A stretch of 64,000 nucleotides of DNA from a bacterium. Lineage in GTDB: Bacteria; Bacteroidota; Bacteroidia; Bacteroidales; UBA3663. Under the pieces are notes generated by a model that made no database searches, was not told the DNA's origin, and saw only the letters and a program-made list of their open reading frames with translations. The translations under genes and the position numbers were made by a program. Below, in pieces: positions 17,689 through 29,330 of the stretch. The stretch is taken from NCBI GenBank assembly GCA_963631395.1, contig CAVGQN010000007.1, positions 165 to 64,164 of the forward strand, written 5' to 3'. Every line of letters begins with the position of its first letter. Within the stretch, counting starts at the first letter, position 1.

Positions 17689-18243
17689 TTATTTAGCACC
17701 GGCAGACTTGCCAGACTTGCGGCGAATCTGCTCACCCACATAAAGAACACCCTTGCCTTTGTATGGTTCAGGCTTGCGGAAAGAACGAATCTTAGTGCAA
17801 ATCAGACCGAGCAGAGCCTTATCACAAGACTCAAGTGTAATCAGAGGATTCTGGTTACGCTCTGACTTGGTGGTCACCTTGACCTCTTTAGGCAGAACAA
17901 TATAAATGGCATGAGAATAGCCAAGAGACAACTCAAGAACATTTCCGTTGTTTGAAGCACGATAGCCGACACCAACGAGTTCAAGTTCCTTCTTGTAGCC
18001 ATCACCACAACCGATGATCATGTTGTTGATCAAAGAGCGATAAAGACCATGAAGAGCTTTCGTCTGCTTATCATCGTTAGGACGAGCAACCGTAAGCTTG
18101 CCGTCTTCGATACCTACAGTAATACCTCCTGAAAGGCCCTGGCTCATTTCGCCGTTCTTACCTTTTACAGTAACGACATTATCCTTAACGGTGACTGTTA
18201 CACCTGAAGGAATAGCAATGGGTAATTTACCAATTCTTGACAT
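17689..18243 (-). CDS. rplF: 50S ribosomal protein L6
   Basis: Track ORF of 184 aa. MSRIGKLPIAIPSGVTV. Confidence 0.97.
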   Translation of the reverse strand: MSRIGKLPIAIPSGVTVTVKDNVVTVKGKNGEMSQGLSGGITVGIEDGKLTVARPNDDKQTKALHGLYRSLINNMIIGCGDGYKKELELVGVGYRASNNGNVLELSLGYSHAIYIVLPKEVKVTTKSERNQNPLITLESCDKALLGLICTKIRSFRKPEPYKGKGVLYVGEQIRRKSGKSAGAK

Positions 18244-18259
18244 AGCTTAACCTCCTATA

Positions 18260-18655
18260 TTAATAGATGTAACACAAAACTTCGCCACCTATCTTCTGCA
18301 CAGCAGCTTCCTTGTCAGTCATCACACCACGAGAAGTAGAAAGGATAGCGATGCCGAGTCCATTGAGGACACGCGGCATATCCTTATAGCCTACATACTT
18401 GCGGAGACCTGGAGTGGAAACGCGAGTAAGACTCTTGATAGCATTCACTTTGGTTGCAGGGTCATACTTAAGAGCAACCTTAATAGTACCTTGAGGTCCA
18501 TCCTCAATGAACTTGTAATTCAGGATGTAACCCTTCTCGAAGAGAATCTTGGTGATCTCTTTCTTTAAATTTGACGCAGGAACTTCAACTACACGATGGT
18601 TTGCCTTAATCGCGTTACGAAGGCGGGTCAAATAATCTGCGATTGGATCAGTCAT
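18260..18655 (-). CDS. rpsH: 30S ribosomal protein S8
   Basis: Track ORF of 131 aa. MTDPIADYLTRLRNA. Confidence 0.97.
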   Translation of the reverse strand: MTDPIADYLTRLRNAIKANHRVVEVPASNLKKEITKILFEKGYILNYKFIEDGPQGTIKVALKYDPATKVNAIKSLTRVSTPGLRKYVGYKDMPRVLNGLGIAILSTSRGVMTDKEAAVQKIGGEVLCYIY

Positions 18656-18770
18656 TTGATTTGTTTGTTAAATTAATCCGGACTTCCGGACAATATTTAA
18701 TAAAAAACTATATATATGGAATATCCAGCAGGAAAAATCCTACAGATATTCCAATATTTTAATAGGAAGG

Positions 18771-19058
18771 TTACCAGCTTGCCTTACGAACACCTGGAAT
18801 CAAACCGGCAGAAGCCATCTCACGGAACTGAATACGAGAGAGACCGAACTGACGGATATAACCCTTCGGACGACCAGTAACCTTGCAACGGTTGTGCAGG
18901 CGAACTGGAGAAGCGTTCTTCGGGAGAGACTGAAGTGCCTGAGCAGCTTCATAGTCACCAGCATTGGCTGCCTTCTTCAACTCAGCACGCTTTGCAGCAT
19001 ACTTAGCGACAAGAGCCTGACGCTTCACCTCACGGGCTACCATTGAAATCTTTGCCAT
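18771..19058 (-). CDS. rpsN: 30S ribosomal protein S14
   Basis: Track ORF of 95 aa. [32 protein letters not shown]. Confidence 0.96.
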   Translation of the reverse strand: MAKISMVAREVKRQALVAKYAAKRAELKKAANAGDYEAAQALQSLPKNASPVRLHNRCKVTGRPKGYIRQFGLSRIQFREMASAGLIPGVRKASW

Positions 19059-19064
19059 AGTCTA

Positions 19065-19619
19065 TTACTTTTTAGTGTTCTTGAATGGAAGACCGAAAGC
19101 CTTCAGAAGAGCGAAACCTTCTTCATCCGTCTTAGCAGTTGTCACGAATGTGATGTTCATACCAAGAATGCGCTGGATGCTATCGATGTTAATCTCAGGG
19201 AAGATAATCTGCTCGGTGATACCCAGCGTATAGTTACCGCGGCCATCGAACTTTGATTCGATGCCGTTGAAGTCACGGATACGAGGCAGAGCCACCCTAA
19301 TCAAACGCTCGAGGAACTCGTACATCATCTGATGACGAAGAGTAACCCTAGCACCGATAGGCATCTGCTTACGAACCTTGAACTGTGCGATATCCTTCTT
19401 TGACAAAGTCTGCACAGCCTTCTGGCCAGTAATAGCAGTAAGCTCAGCGATAGCAGTCTCGATAATCTTCTTGTCAGCGACAGCATCACCAAGACCTTCG
19501 TTGATTACAATCTTCTCAAGAACAGGAACCTGCATTACCGACGAATAGCCGAACTGCTTAACCAAAGCAGGGACAATAGTTTCCTTATAATATTGCTTTA
19601 ATGTTGCGGTATTTGCCAT
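19065..19619 (-). CDS. rplE: 50S ribosomal protein L5
   Basis: Track ORF of 184 aa in the spc-operon position. Confidence 0.97.
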   Translation of the reverse strand: MANTATLKQYYKETIVPALVKQFGYSSVMQVPVLEKIVINEGLGDAVADKKIIETAIAELTAITGQKAVQTLSKKDIAQFKVRKQMPIGARVTLRHQMMYEFLERLIRVALPRIRDFNGIESKFDGRGNYTLGITEQIIFPEINIDSIQRILGMNITFVTTAKTDEEGFALLKAFGLPFKNTKK

Positions 19620-19636
19620 GTTTTGTTTCCTTTCGC

Positions 19637-19918
19637 TTATTTAATGGTTACCTTCATAGCCTTGCCGTTCGAACGCATTGGTTTGCCCTCTGCATTTACC
19701 GGATTAAGCTTAGAAACATGAATAGGAGCCTCCTTTTCGATGATACCACCTTGAGGATTCTTGGCATTCGGCTTAGTACTCTTCTTGACGATATTTACGC
19801 CTTCGACGATAGCACGCTTGTTCTCTACATCAACAGAGAGGACCTTTGCGATCTTTCCCTTGTTCTTGCCAGAGTTTACATAAACGGTATCGCCCTTCTT
19901 AATGTGTAACGTATTCAT
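19637..19918 (-). CDS. rplX: 50S ribosomal protein L24
   Basis: Track ORF of 93 aa. [19 protein letters not shown] (KOW motif). Confidence 0.95.
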   Translation of the reverse strand: MNTLHIKKGDTVYVNSGKNKGKIAKVLSVDVENKRAIVEGVNIVKKSTKPNAKNPQGGIIEKEAPIHVSKLNPVNAEGKPMRSNGKAMKVTIK

Positions 19919-19931
19919 AACCTGACATTAT

Positions 19932-20297
19932 TTAGAGCACTTCTGGTGCCAGTGAAACAATCTTCATGTTGGCAGCACGCAACTCACGGGCAACGGGGCC
20001 AAAGATACGTGAACCACGCATTTCGCCTGCGTTGTTCAGAAGGACGCAAGCATTGTCATCGAAACGGATATAAGTGCCATCAGCACGGCGCACCTCTTTC
20101 TTGGTACGAACAATGATAGCCTTGCTGACAGTACCCTTCTTCATATCGCTCGAAGGGATAACACTCTTAACGGTCACTACGATAATATCACCTACAGATG
20201 CATATCGACGACCGGTACCACCTAATACACGGATGCAAAGGCATTCCTTACCGCCAGAGTTATCGGCGATCTTAAGTCTTGATTCAGTCTGTATCAT
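19932..20297 (-). CDS. rplN: 50S ribosomal protein L14
   Basis: Track ORF of 121 aa. [18 protein letters not shown]. Confidence 0.97.
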   Translation of the reverse strand: MIQTESRLKIADNSGGKECLCIRVLGGTGRRYASVGDIIVVTVKSVIPSSDMKKGTVSKAIIVRTKKEVRRADGTYIRFDDNACVLLNNAGEMRGSRIFGPVARELRAANMKIVSLAPEVL

Positions 20298-20301
20298 AAT
20301 A

Positions 20302-20559
20302 TTACTTAGCCTTTTCGATGATTTCTACTAAACGCCATGTTTTAGTTTTGCTCAGCGGACGAGTTTCCATCAGGAGGACGCGATCTCCTACCTGCGCTTC
20401 ATTCTTTTCGTCATGGGCATGGTATTTCTTTGTCTTATTGACAAATTTACCATAGATCGGATGTTTCTCCTTGTACTTCACAGTAACTGTGATGGTTTTA
20501 TCCATCTTGTCGCTGGAGACGATTCCGATTCTCGTTTTTCTTAGATTTCTTGTTTCCAT
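20302..20559 (-). CDS. rpsQ: 30S ribosomal protein S17
   Basis: Track ORF of 85 aa. Confidence 0.96.
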   Translation of the reverse strand: METRNLRKTRIGIVSSDKMDKTITVTVKYKEKHPIYGKFVNKTKKYHAHDEKNEAQVGDRVLLMETRPLSKTKTWRLVEIIEKAK

Positions 20560-20595
20560 GAAAAAATCTGTTGTGAAAATGTTTGTTTGAATTGA

Positions 20596-20799
20596 TTAAC
20601 GTACGGCTTCATCCACCTGACGGGCATCAAGCTCAGTCATAAGACGTGCAATATTGCGACGTGTCTCACGAATCACCATGGGGTTGTCAAGAGGACTTAC
20701 CGTATGGTTGAACTTCAGAGAATCCAGCGTTGCCTTCTGCTCAGCAATACGACCTTTCAACTCATCTAATGTAAGATTTTTAATTTCTTTAGCTTTCAT
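20596..20799 (-). CDS. rpmC: 50S ribosomal protein L29
   Basis: Track ORF of 67 aa. Confidence 0.95.
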   Translation of the reverse strand: MKAKEIKNLTLDELKGRIAEQKATLDSLKFNHTVSPLDNPMVIRETRRNIARLMTELDARQVDEAVR

Positions 20800-20816
20800 T
20801 TTCGGTCATTTTTACT

Positions 20817-21251
20817 TTAAAGGACAATGAGTTCTGGATCATAGTCGCGGCGAACGACAAATTTTGTCTGCACAGGGAGCTTTTGTGCACCAAGACGAAG
20901 AGCCTCTTTTGCAACTTCAAAAGGTACACCTTCAATCTCAAACAATATTCTGCCGGGGTTGCAATCTGCTACCCAGCCTTCCGGATCACCCTTACCTTTA
21001 CCCATTCGGACATCTGCAGGCTTACGAGTATACGGCTTATCCGGGAATACACGACACCAGAGTTGACCTTCACGCTGCATGTAGCGGGTGATAGCGATAC
21101 GAGCGGCTTCTAGCTGACGCGAATTGATCCATTTGTTCTCAAGCGTCTTGATTCCGAACGAACCGAAAGCAAGCTGATTACCACGTTGGGAGTTACCCTT
21201 GAGGTTGTTCTTTTGCTGTCTACGGAACTTAGTTCTTTTCGGCTGTAACAT
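20817..21251 (-). CDS. rplP: 50S ribosomal protein L16
   Basis: Track ORF of 144 aa. [14 protein letters not shown]. Confidence 0.97.
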   Translation of the reverse strand: MLQPKRTKFRRQQKNNLKGNSQRGNQLAFGSFGIKTLENKWINSRQLEAARIAITRYMQREGQLWCRVFPDKPYTRKPADVRMGKGKGDPEGWVADCNPGRILFEIEGVPFEVAKEALRLGAQKLPVQTKFVVRRDYDPELIVL

Positions 21252-21278
21252 TTTTTAAAGCTTCTAAATCGTTAATAC

Positions 21279-22031
21279 TTATTTTTTGTTGTTACGGAAA
21301 CCACCGCGACGCTGTCCGCGACCTTCACCGCGATTACCGCGCTCTCCGCGATTGTCGTGATGACCAGTTTCCTTCTGCTTGGCAAAATTAGGAGCAAGAT
21401 CCTTCTTGCCATAAATTTCGCCTCTGCAGATCCAAACCTTGATACCAATCAAACCTACCTTGGTCAAAGCTTCAGCAAGAGCATAATCGATATCTGCACG
21501 GAACGTATGCAAAGGAGTACGACCCTCCTTATAGAGTTCCTTACGAGACATTTCAGCACCGTTGAGACGGCCACTGAACTGAATCTTGATACCTTCTGCA
21601 CCTGAACGCATAGCTGACTGGATAGCCATCTTGCAAGCACGACGGTAAGCTACACGGCCCTCCAACTGACGAGCAATATTGTCAGCGACAATACGGGCGT
21701 CAACTTCAGGCTTCTTTACCTCGTAGATGTTAATCTGAACATCCTTATCAGTAACAGACTTCAGTTCTTCCTTGAGCTTGTCAACTTCAGAACCTCCCTT
21801 GCCGATAATGACACCTGGACGTGCTGTGCAAATGGTGATTGTCACCAATTTCAAAGTACGCTCGATAACGATACGGCTAATCATTGCCTTAGAAAGACGC
21901 GCATTGAGATACTTACGTATCTTGGCATCCTCAACAACGATGTCACCACAATTTTTGGTTGCAAACCAGTTTGAATCCCAACCACGGATGATACCCAAAC
22001 GGTTACTAATTGGAGAAATTTTCTGTCCCAT
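21279..22031 (-). CDS. rpsC: 30S ribosomal protein S3 (Arg/Gly-rich C-terminal tail)
   Basis: Track ORF of 250 aa. [23 protein letters not shown]. Confidence 0.97.
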   Translation of the reverse strand: MGQKISPISNRLGIIRGWDSNWFATKNCGDIVVEDAKIRKYLNARLSKAMISRIVIERTLKLVTITICTARPGVIIGKGGSEVDKLKEELKSVTDKDVQINIYEVKKPEVDARIVADNIARQLEGRVAYRRACKMAIQSAMRSGAEGIKIQFSGRLNGAEMSRKELYKEGRTPLHTFRADIDYALAEALTKVGLIGIKVWICRGEIYGKKDLAPNFAKQKETGHHDNRGERGNRGEGRGQRRGGFRNNKK

Positions 22032-22039
22032 TGTGGTGA

Positions 22040-22444
22040 TTATTTAGATTCTTTGTTAATAGTATCAACATACAAAGTCACATGATTGCTACGCTTGCGA
22101 ACCCGATAAGCACGACCTTGAGGTGCTGGACGGAGACGCTTGATAGTAGCACCTTCATCAACTGTAATTGAAGAAATCTTAAGTTCTCCAGCTTCAACCT
22201 TATTGCCGGTCTTCTGCTCATAGTTAGCGATGGCTGACTTCAGAAGAAGTTCAACACGAGCGGCTGCTTCCTTGTTAGAGAAATGAAGAACACCAAGAGC
22301 CTTGGTCACCTCCATACCACGTACCATATCGGCAACGAGACGCATCTTACGAGGAGAGGTAGGAATATTGTTGTACTTAGCGAAATAGGTATTCTTACGA
22401 ATTTCCTTCAGCTTATTGGCAGAGTTTTGTTTTCTATTAGCCAT
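22040..22444 (-). CDS. rplV: 50S ribosomal protein L22
   Basis: Track ORF of 134 aa. Confidence 0.96.
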   Translation of the reverse strand: MANRKQNSANKLKEIRKNTYFAKYNNIPTSPRKMRLVADMVRGMEVTKALGVLHFSNKEAAARVELLLKSAIANYEQKTGNKVEAGELKISSITVDEGATIKRLRPAPQGRAYRVRKRSNHVTLYVDTINKESK

Positions 22445-22472
22445 TTTCTTGAATTTATTTAGTAAGACCTAT

Positions 22473-22739
22473 TTATTTGCCATTACCATGGTGACCTCGG
22501 AAAGTACGAGTCATTGAAAACTCGCCAAGCTTATGGCCAACCATATTTTCAGTTACGTAAACCGGAACGAACTTATTGCCGTTGTGAACAGCGATTGTAT
22601 GACCTACGAAATCAGGAGAGATCATAGAAGCTCTAGACCAAGTCTTGATGACTGACTTCTTGCCAGACTCATTCATGGCAAGAATCTTCTTTTCGAGCTT
22701 TACGCTAATAAACGGGCCTTTTTTTAAGGAACGACTCAT
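22473..22739 (-). CDS. rpsS: 30S ribosomal protein S19
   Basis: Track ORF of 88 aa. [15 protein letters not shown]. Confidence 0.97.
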   Translation of the reverse strand: MSRSLKKGPFISVKLEKKILAMNESGKKSVIKTWSRASMISPDFVGHTIAVHNGNKFVPVYVTENMVGHKLGEFSMTRTFRGHHGNGK

Positions 22740-22766
22740 ATTATTTAATTAAATAATGTGTACTGA

Positions 22767-23594
22767 TTACTTTTTATTAGCTCTCTCTATGATATACTTG
22801 CTGGACTGCTTCTTAGGTGCACGAGTCTTAAGACCCTTTGCATACAAGCCCTTACGAGACCTTGGATGACCACCAGACTGACGGCCTTCGCCACCACCCA
22901 TCGGGTGATCTACAGGGTTCATAACTACACCGCGGTTGTGTGGACGACGGCCCAACCAACGAGAGCGTCCTGCTTTACCACTCTTCTCAAGAGCGTGATC
23001 AGAATTGCCTACAGAACCAATAGTAGCCTTGCAAGTAGCAAGAATACGGCGAGTTTCGCCTGAGGGCAATTTGATAACTACATAGTCGCCTTCCTTAGAA
23101 GTGAGCTGTGCGAAGTTACCTGCTGAACGGACCAAAACGGCTCCCTGTCCAGGACGGAGCTCGATATTGTGGATGACAGTACCGACCGGAATGTCCTTGA
23201 GCGGGAGGCTGTTACCAACCTCTGGAAGAGCATTGCTTCCCGACATAACCTTCTTGCCTACCTCCAATCCGTCTGGAGCGAGGATGTAACTCTTCTCACC
23301 GTCTACATAGTAGAGAAGAGCGATACGAGCGGTACGGTTTGGATCGTACTCGATTGTCTTAACGATTGCAGGCACGCCATCCTTGTTGCGCTTGAAATCG
23401 ATAAAGCGGTAAGACTGCTTGTGTCCACCACCGATATAACGCATGGTGAGACGGCCCTGGTTGTTGCGGCCACCGGTTCTTTTCTTGCCATAAGTAAGAG
23501 ACTTTTCAGGAGTTGAAGAAGTAATCTCCTCAAAAGTACTGATGGCTTTGCCTCTCTGGCCCGGTGTTGTGGGCTTAAATTTTCTTATTGCCAT
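22767..23594 (-). CDS. rplB: 50S ribosomal protein L2
   Basis: Track ORF of 275 aa. [15 protein letters not shown]. Confidence 0.97.
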   Translation of the reverse strand: MAIRKFKPTTPGQRGKAISTFEEITSSTPEKSLTYGKKRTGGRNNQGRLTMRYIGGGHKQSYRFIDFKRNKDGVPAIVKTIEYDPNRTARIALLYYVDGEKSYILAPDGLEVGKKVMSGSNALPEVGNSLPLKDIPVGTVIHNIELRPGQGAVLVRSAGNFAQLTSKEGDYVVIKLPSGETRRILATCKATIGSVGNSDHALEKSGKAGRSRWLGRRPHNRGVVMNPVDHPMGGGEGRQSGGHPRSRKGLYAKGLKTRAPKKQSSKYIIERANKK

Positions 23595-23609
23595 TTGTTT
23601 TTAGCATTT

Positions 23610-23705
23610 CCGGTCGTCACAAGCACAATTTCTGAATTTCCGAGTTACTATCAGACTTATCCTTTAGGCTTTCGAAATACTTTGCTGCACTTGGAGGACG
23701 ACCGA
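23610..23705 (-). other. Structured RNA-like element inside the unusually long (125 nt) rplW-rplB spacer
   Basis: On the - strand, UCGGUCGUC (23705-23697) pairs with GACGACCGG (23618-23610). The adjacent CAAGUGCA/UGUGCUUG helix extends this to about 17 bp. The enclosed region has further local hairpins (UUUCGAAA, CUGA...UCAG). Confidence 0.4.
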
Positions 23706-23719
23706 TGAATTATGAATAA

Positions 23720-24055
23720 TTAGTTGACGTTTGCGTAGAAATCAATCTTGTCGCCATCTTTCAATGTAACGTAAGCTTTCTTAAAAGCAGAAACCTTACC
23801 AACGACGAGACCTTTTTTCGTATAACGGCTCTTAATTTTGCCGGGGTAGTTGATAGTATTTACATCTACAACCGAAACTCCGAACTTAGCCTCTACGGCT
23901 TTCTTGATCTGGATTTTATTAGCAGCGGGATCAACATAAAAGCCATAAACGCAATTAACCGGGGCGCTTCCGTCCTTCTTCTTGCGTGGCTGAGAAGACT
24001 TGTCTGTGCGAGAAGTCATTTTCTCAGTAATGATAGGTTTAATCAAAATTGCCAT
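23720..24055 (-). CDS. rplW: 50S ribosomal protein L23 (with a basic internal insertion)
   Basis: Track ORF of 111 aa. MAILIKPIITEKMT ... KKAYVTLKDGDKIDF. Confidence 0.94.
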   Translation of the reverse strand: MAILIKPIITEKMTSRTDKSSQPRKKKDGSAPVNCVYGFYVDPAANKIQIKKAVEAKFGVSVVDVNTINYPGKIKSRYTKKGLVVGKVSAFKKAYVTLKDGDKIDFYANVN

Positions 24056-24069
24056 TGTTGTCTATAGCT

Positions 24070-24690
24070 TTAAATGTTGTTAACCGAATCAACAGCGCTC
24101 TCAGAAATCACGAGAGTGTTGCTATTCAAAACCGCATATGTGTTGAGAGTCTTAGCTTCCAGCACATTAACGTTTTTCAGATTACGAGCGGACAAATATA
24201 CGTTTTTATTGCTTCCGTTCAAAACAAAAAGAGACTTTTTGTCGTTAATCTGAAGGTTTTTAACCAAGTTCACAATCTCTTTGGTAGATGGAGTTTCCAA
24301 ATTGAAGTCTTCAACAACAACAATTGAATTCTCTGCAGCCTTGGCTGAAAGAACCGACTTACGTGCCAATGACTTAACCTTCTTGTTGAGCTTGAAGCTA
24401 TAGTCACGAGGCACGGGACCGAACACACGGCCACCACCTACGAGAACAGGCGAATTGATGTCACCACGACGTGCGCCGCCTCCGCCTTTCTGACGGCCGA
24501 GCTTGCGTGTTGATCCTGAGATTTCGCTACGCTCCTTAGACTTGTGAGTTCCCTGACGCTGATCTGCAAGGTACTGCTTAACAGCCAGGTAAACGACATG
24601 ATTGTTAGGTTCGATACCGAACACTGAATCATTCAGGACTACCTTACGACCGGTATCCTTACCTTCCTTGTTAAATACGCTCAGTTCCAT
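24070..24690 (-). CDS. rplD: 50S ribosomal protein L4
   Basis: Track ORF of 206 aa. Confidence 0.96.
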   Translation of the reverse strand: MELSVFNKEGKDTGRKVVLNDSVFGIEPNNHVVYLAVKQYLADQRQGTHKSKERSEISGSTRKLGRQKGGGGARRGDINSPVLVGGGRVFGPVPRDYSFKLNKKVKSLARKSVLSAKAAENSIVVVEDFNLETPSTKEIVNLVKNLQINDKKSLFVLNGSNKNVYLSARNLKNVNVLEAKTLNTYAVLNSNTLVISESAVDSVNNI

Positions 24691-25307
24691 TACTTCTCAA
24701 TTGTTAAAAGTGAACCCCTTGAACCAGGAACAGAACCCTTCACCAAAAGGAGGTTGTGCTCCGGAATAATCTTCAGAATCTGAAGGTTCTGAACAGTCAC
24801 CTGTACATTACCCATTTGGCCGCCCATACGGAGACCTTTGAAAACACGTGCAGGATAAGAACATGCTCCAATAGAACCTGGCTTACGCAGACGGTCGTCC
24901 TGGCCGTGAGTAGACTGGCCTACACCACCGAAACCATGACGCTTTACAACGCCCTGGAATCCATGACCCTTAGATGTTCCGATAACATCGACATACTCGA
25001 CGTCAGAGAACAAATCTACAGTGATAACATCACCGAGGGCGTACTCCTTGTCATAACCCTTAAACTCAGCAAGGTGCTTCATTGGAGCGACACCAGCTTT
25101 CTTGAGGTGACCCATTACAGGCTTAGAAACGTGCTTTTCAGTCGTTTCCTCGAAGCCGACCTGAACAGCTTCGTAGCCATCTTTCTCAATCGTCTTGATT
25201 TGAGTCACAACACAAGGACCTACTTCAATTACAGTGCATGGCACGTTCTTGCCATCAGCACTGAAGACGGAAGTCATTCCGACTTTTTTGCCTAATAATC
25301 CTGGCAT
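24690..25307 (-). CDS. rplC: 50S ribosomal protein L3
   Basis: The track ORF extends to 25343. The ATG at 25307 gives the canonical [15 protein letters not shown] start. Confidence 0.95.
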   Translation of the reverse strand: MPGLLGKKVGMTSVFSADGKNVPCTVIEVGPCVVTQIKTIEKDGYEAVQVGFEETTEKHVSKPVMGHLKKAGVAPMKHLAEFKGYDKEYALGDVITVDLFSDVEYVDVIGTSKGHGFQGVVKRHGFGGVGQSTHGQDDRLRKPGSIGACSYPARVFKGLRMGGQMGNVQVTVQNLQILKIIPEHNLLLVKGSVPGSRGSLLTIEK

Positions 25308-25437
25308 AATTTCAGTTACTTGTTTTTGTATGGCGGGATTCACAACAATAGTAGAAAATCCACATACGATTAATGAATAAATAACACATTACGCCGTCTG
25401 TCATCCGCTCTCGCGGTGACAGTCCGGCTCATATAAA

Positions 25438-25740
25438 TTACATCTTAATCTCTACATCAACTCCGGAAGGGATCTCAACCTTCATCAATGCATCAACAGT
25501 CTTGGATGTTGCATTGATATCGATGAGGCGCTTGTAGCAGTTCAACTCGAACTGCTCACGGCTCTTCTTGTTGACGAAAGTAGAACGGTTCACCGTATAG
25601 ATGCGCTTGAATGTAGGCAGCGGAATAGGGCCACTAACCTTTGCACCCGTTGACCGTACAGTCTTGACAATCTTCTCGGCAGACTTGTCTACCAGACTAT
25701 GGTCGAAAGACTTCAGTTTGATACGAAATTTCTGATCCAT
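25438..25740 (-). CDS. rpsJ: 30S ribosomal protein S10
   Basis: Track ORF of 100 aa. Confidence 0.97.
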   Translation of the reverse strand: MDQKFRIKLKSFDHSLVDKSAEKIVKTVRSTGAKVSGPIPLPTFKRIYTVNRSTFVNKKSREQFELNCYKRLIDINATSKTVDALMKVEIPSGVDVEIKM

Positions 25741-25787
25741 ATTTTGTATTGTTTTATTACGTTTGTTTAGAGTCCGGAAAATCCGAA

Positions 25788-27917
25788 TTACTTAATCAAG
25801 TCTACACGGCCACCGCATTCCTCAAGAACCTTCTTGGCATTGCCCTTGTCAACCTCGGCATAGTGATGGAATTCCATGGTTGAGCTGGCACGACCGGAAG
25901 TAATGGTACGGAGATCCGTTACATAGCCGAACATTTCGGCCAACGGAACCATAGCCTTTACGATACGGGCGCCGCTGCGTGATGTATCCATACCTTCTAC
26001 CTGGCCTCTACGCTTGTTCAAGTCTGAGATAACATCGCCCATCGACTCCTCGGGGGTAACGACCTCAACCTTCATAATAGGTTCAAGAAGGATAGGCTGC
26101 GCCTGTTCGCAGCAAGCCTTGAAAGCAAAGTTGGCAGCGAGTTCGAATGACAACTGGTCAGAATCGACTGGGTGGAAAGAACCATCCTCAAGGGTAACCT
26201 TGATTGAGTCAACAGGATAGCCGGCCAATACACCATTCTTCATAGCATTCTGGAAGCCCTTCTGTACAGACGGGATGAACTCGGCAGGTACATTACCGCC
26301 CTTGACAATGCTCTCGAACTGCAAACCTGTAACACCTTCGTCAGCAGGACCAACAGTAACGATGATGTCGGCGAACTTACCACGACCACCGGACTGCTTC
26401 TTGTAGACCTCACGGTGACGAGTAACGGTACCCTTGATAGCCTCCTTATAGGTAACCTGAGGACGACCCTGGTTGCACTCTACCTTGAACTCACGCTTCA
26501 GACGGTCGATGATGATATCAAGGTGAAGCTCACCCATACCGGAGATAACAGTCTGACCGGTCTCTTCGCTTGTCTTAACCGTGAAAGTAGGATCTTCCTC
26601 AGCCAACTTAGAAAGACCAATACCGAGTTTGTCGAGATCCTTCTGTGACTTAGGCTCTACAGCAATACCGATCACAGGATCAGGGAATGTCATAGACTCA
26701 AGAACAATAGGATTGTTCTCATCGCACAAAGTATCACCAGTACGGATATCCTTGAAACCTACACCTGCGCCAATGTCGCCGCAACCGATTTCTTCCATAG
26801 GATTCTGATGGTTGGAGTGCATCTGGAACAGACGGCTGATACGTTCGCGCTTGTCAGAACGTGGGTTATAAACATACATACCAGCCTGGATTGAACCAGA
26901 GTATACGCGGAAGTAGCAAAGACGTCCGACGTACGGGTCAGTAGCAATCTTGAATGCCAAAGCCGACATAGGCTCATCATAGCTAGGACGACGGTCTATC
27001 TCCTCATCGGGATCCTTAGGATTGTGACCAATGATGGCTGGGGTATCAAGAGGTGAAGGCAAATAGCGAACTACTGCATCGAGCAGTGGCTGAACGCCCT
27101 TGTTCTTGAATGAAGAGCCACACAATACGGGGAAGACCTCCTGTGCGAGGGTTGCCTTACGCAGAGTGGCATAAATCTCATCGTTGGTGATGGTGGAAGG
27201 ATCATTGAAGTACTTCTCCATAAGAGCGTCGTCAAAGTTGGCGCACTGCTCAAGGATTTTCTCGCGATACTCTTCGGCCTCCGGAAGGAGTTCGGCAGGA
27301 ATATCATCGATTTCGTACTCTGCACCCAAAGTCTCATCATGCCAATAGATAGCCTTCATCTCAATGAGATCGATAACGCCTTTGAAGGTCTCCTCGCAAC
27401 CGATAGGCAACTGGATAGCCAAAGAGTTGGCACCAAGCATATCGTGCATCTGCTGGACAACCTCAAGAAAGTTAGCGCCCGAGCGGTCCATCTTGTTTAC
27501 ATATGCAATACGGGGAACATTGTACTTCTCAGCCTGACGCCATACGGTCTCTGACTGAGGCTCAACGCCACCGACAGCGCAATACGTAGCAACAGCACCG
27601 TCCAGGATACGGAGCGAACGCTCCACCTCTACGGTAAAGTCTACGTGGCCTGGGGTATCGATCAAATTGAACTTATACTTCTCACCCTTGAAATTCCAGA
27701 AGGCAGTAGTAGCGGCAGAAGTAATGGTTATACCACGCTCTTGCTCCTGTGCCATCCAGTCCATAGTGGCGGAACCATCGTGAGTCTCGCCAATCTTATG
27801 GGTCTTTCCTGTATAATAAAGAATACGTTCTGAAGTTGTAGTCTTGCCGGCATCGATGTGTGCCATAATGCCGAAGTTACGCGTATACTTCAGTTGTTCG
27901 TCTTTAGGATGTGCCAT
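25788..27917 (-). CDS. fusA: Elongation factor G
   Basis: Track ORF of 709 aa. [24 protein letters not shown]. Confidence 0.98.
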   Translation of the reverse strand: MAHPKDEQLKYTRNFGIMAHIDAGKTTTSERILYYTGKTHKIGETHDGSATMDWMAQEQERGITITSAATTAFWNFKGEKYKFNLIDTPGHVDFTVEVERSLRILDGAVATYCAVGGVEPQSETVWRQAEKYNVPRIAYVNKMDRSGANFLEVVQQMHDMLGANSLAIQLPIGCEETFKGVIDLIEMKAIYWHDETLGAEYEIDDIPAELLPEAEEYREKILEQCANFDDALMEKYFNDPSTITNDEIYATLRKATLAQEVFPVLCGSSFKNKGVQPLLDAVVRYLPSPLDTPAIIGHNPKDPDEEIDRRPSYDEPMSALAFKIATDPYVGRLCYFRVYSGSIQAGMYVYNPRSDKRERISRLFQMHSNHQNPMEEIGCGDIGAGVGFKDIRTGDTLCDENNPIVLESMTFPDPVIGIAVEPKSQKDLDKLGIGLSKLAEEDPTFTVKTSEETGQTVISGMGELHLDIIIDRLKREFKVECNQGRPQVTYKEAIKGTVTRHREVYKKQSGGRGKFADIIVTVGPADEGVTGLQFESIVKGGNVPAEFIPSVQKGFQNAMKNGVLAGYPVDSIKVTLEDGSFHPVDSDQLSFELAANFAFKACCEQAQPILLEPIMKVEVVTPEESMGDVISDLNKRRGQVEGMDTSRSGARIVKAMVPLAEMFGYVTDLRTITSGRASSTMEFHHYAEVDKGNAKKVLEECGGRVDLIK

Positions 27918-27954
27918 TTATTCTCTATATATTTAAAATGTGTAAGAAGTGTTA

Positions 27955-28434
27955 TCAGAACTTGAAGTGAGCGAATGCACGGTTGGCCTCGGCCATCTTG
28001 TGCATATCTTCCTTACGCTTGAAGGCGCCACCCTGTTCGTTGTAGGCATCCATAATTTCGGCAGCGAGCTTGTCGGCCATTGACTTTCCGCCACGCTTGC
28101 GGCTGTAGATAATCATATTCTTCATCGAGATAGATTCCTTTCTATCACTACGGATTTCAGTAGGAACCTGGAAAGTGGCGCCACCGATACGGCGTGACTT
28201 AACCTCGACCTGAGGAGTGATGTTGTCCAGAGCCTTCTTCCAAATATCAAGAGGAGCAATCCCCTCCTTCTCGGCCAGCTTCTTGTTGACGATGTCGATA
28301 GCGGTATAGAAGATTGTGAATGCTGTACTCTTCTTGCCATCATACATCAGATGGTTGACGAACTTCGTAACCTTAACTTCGTTGAAGACGGGATCCGGGA
28401 GGATAACTCTCTTCTTCGGCTTTGCTTTTCTCAT
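27955..28434 (-). CDS. rpsG: 30S ribosomal protein S7
   Basis: Track ORF of 159 aa. Confidence 0.97.
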   Translation of the reverse strand: MRKAKPKKRVILPDPVFNEVKVTKFVNHLMYDGKKSTAFTIFYTAIDIVNKKLAEKEGIAPLDIWKKALDNITPQVEVKSRRIGGATFQVPTEIRSDRKESISMKNMIIYSRKRGGKSMADKLAAEIMDAYNEQGGAFKRKEDMHKMAEANRAFAHFKF

Positions 28435-28580
28435 TGTTTTGTTTGTTTAGTGTGTTTGGCTGTTTCTCTGTAGGAAATACTTCATCTCGCACCGATGTGC
28501 GGATTACTCAACCTATTAGAGCCTTACCAACTTCTGTGATTGTGAAAGGTTGCTTAACTCTCTTGCTTTGCGTGTGCAGA

Positions 28581-28970
28581 TTACTTCTTAGCTGCAGCTG
28601 CCTTCGGACGCTTGGCACCGTACTTCGAACGACGCTGTGTGCGACCGTTGACGCCGGCAGTATCCAAAGTTCCGCGAACGATGTGATAACGTACACCCGG
28701 AAGATCCTTGACACGACCGCCACGGACCATTACAATCGAGTGCTCCTGCAAGTTGTGGCCTTCTCCTGGGATGTAAGAGTTAACCTCCTTGCCGTTAGTC
28801 AAACGAACACGTGCTACCTTACGCATAGCAGAATTAGGCTTTTTAGGAGTAGTGGTGTAAACACGAACGCAGACGCCGCGACGCTGTGGGCATGATGCCA
28901 GGGCCGGTGACTTGCTCTTGTCTTCCAATACTACACGACCTTTTCTAACTAACTGTTGAATAGTAGGCAT
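28581..28970 (-). CDS. rpsL: 30S ribosomal protein S12
   Basis: Track ORF of 129 aa. [12 protein letters not shown] ... [14 protein letters not shown]. Confidence 0.97.
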   Translation of the reverse strand: MPTIQQLVRKGRVVLEDKSKSPALASCPQRRGVCVRVYTTTPKKPNSAMRKVARVRLTNGKEVNSYIPGEGHNLQEHSIVMVRGGRVKDLPGVRYHIVRGTLDTAGVNGRTQRRSKYGAKRPKAAAAKK

Positions 28971-29111
28971 TTTGTTTTACTTTTTGTTTGTTTATGAATT
29001 AATTCTCGTTGCTTAGCTTCACGAATAGGCACAATACGCCCAAAAGTATACGCTAAAGCGGGGCAAAGATAGCATAAATATTTCACATACAGACGATAAT
29101 CGCTCTCCAAT

Positions 29112-29156
29112 CACAAAAATAAATCCGCAATTGACCACAAAAGCCAACTGCGGATT
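29112..29156 (-). terminator. Probable intrinsic terminator downstream of the acyl-CoA dehydrogenase gene
   Basis: On the - strand, AAUCCGCAGUUG pairs with CAAUUGCGGAUU (12 bp with one mismatch, 11-nt loop), followed by UAUUUUUGUG. It lies 175 nt after the stop at 29331. Confidence 0.5.
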
Positions 29157-29330
29157 ACAAACTCAATCTCTTTTTGTCTTTCAAATAGATGAATAAATTC
29201 AAACGTCCTACGGATGTCTTTTATAAAGTTCCTCAAGTAAGAACTCAAAGCGGCAGGCTTTGCGATGTTTCCATCCTCTCAGGTGTCTATGAAGAAAGAA
29301 ACGCCTTTATTCATTCTATTTTTACAGACC

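Noticed and set aside
29157-29330. The 175-nt gap between the acyl-CoA dehydrogenase stop and its terminator, checked for a small gene or sRNA
   Set aside because: It contains only a weak imperfect hairpin (about 29205-29220, ACGTCC-TAC-GGATGT) and the implausible track ORFs 29265-29633 and 29279-29467. This is not enough evidence for a feature.
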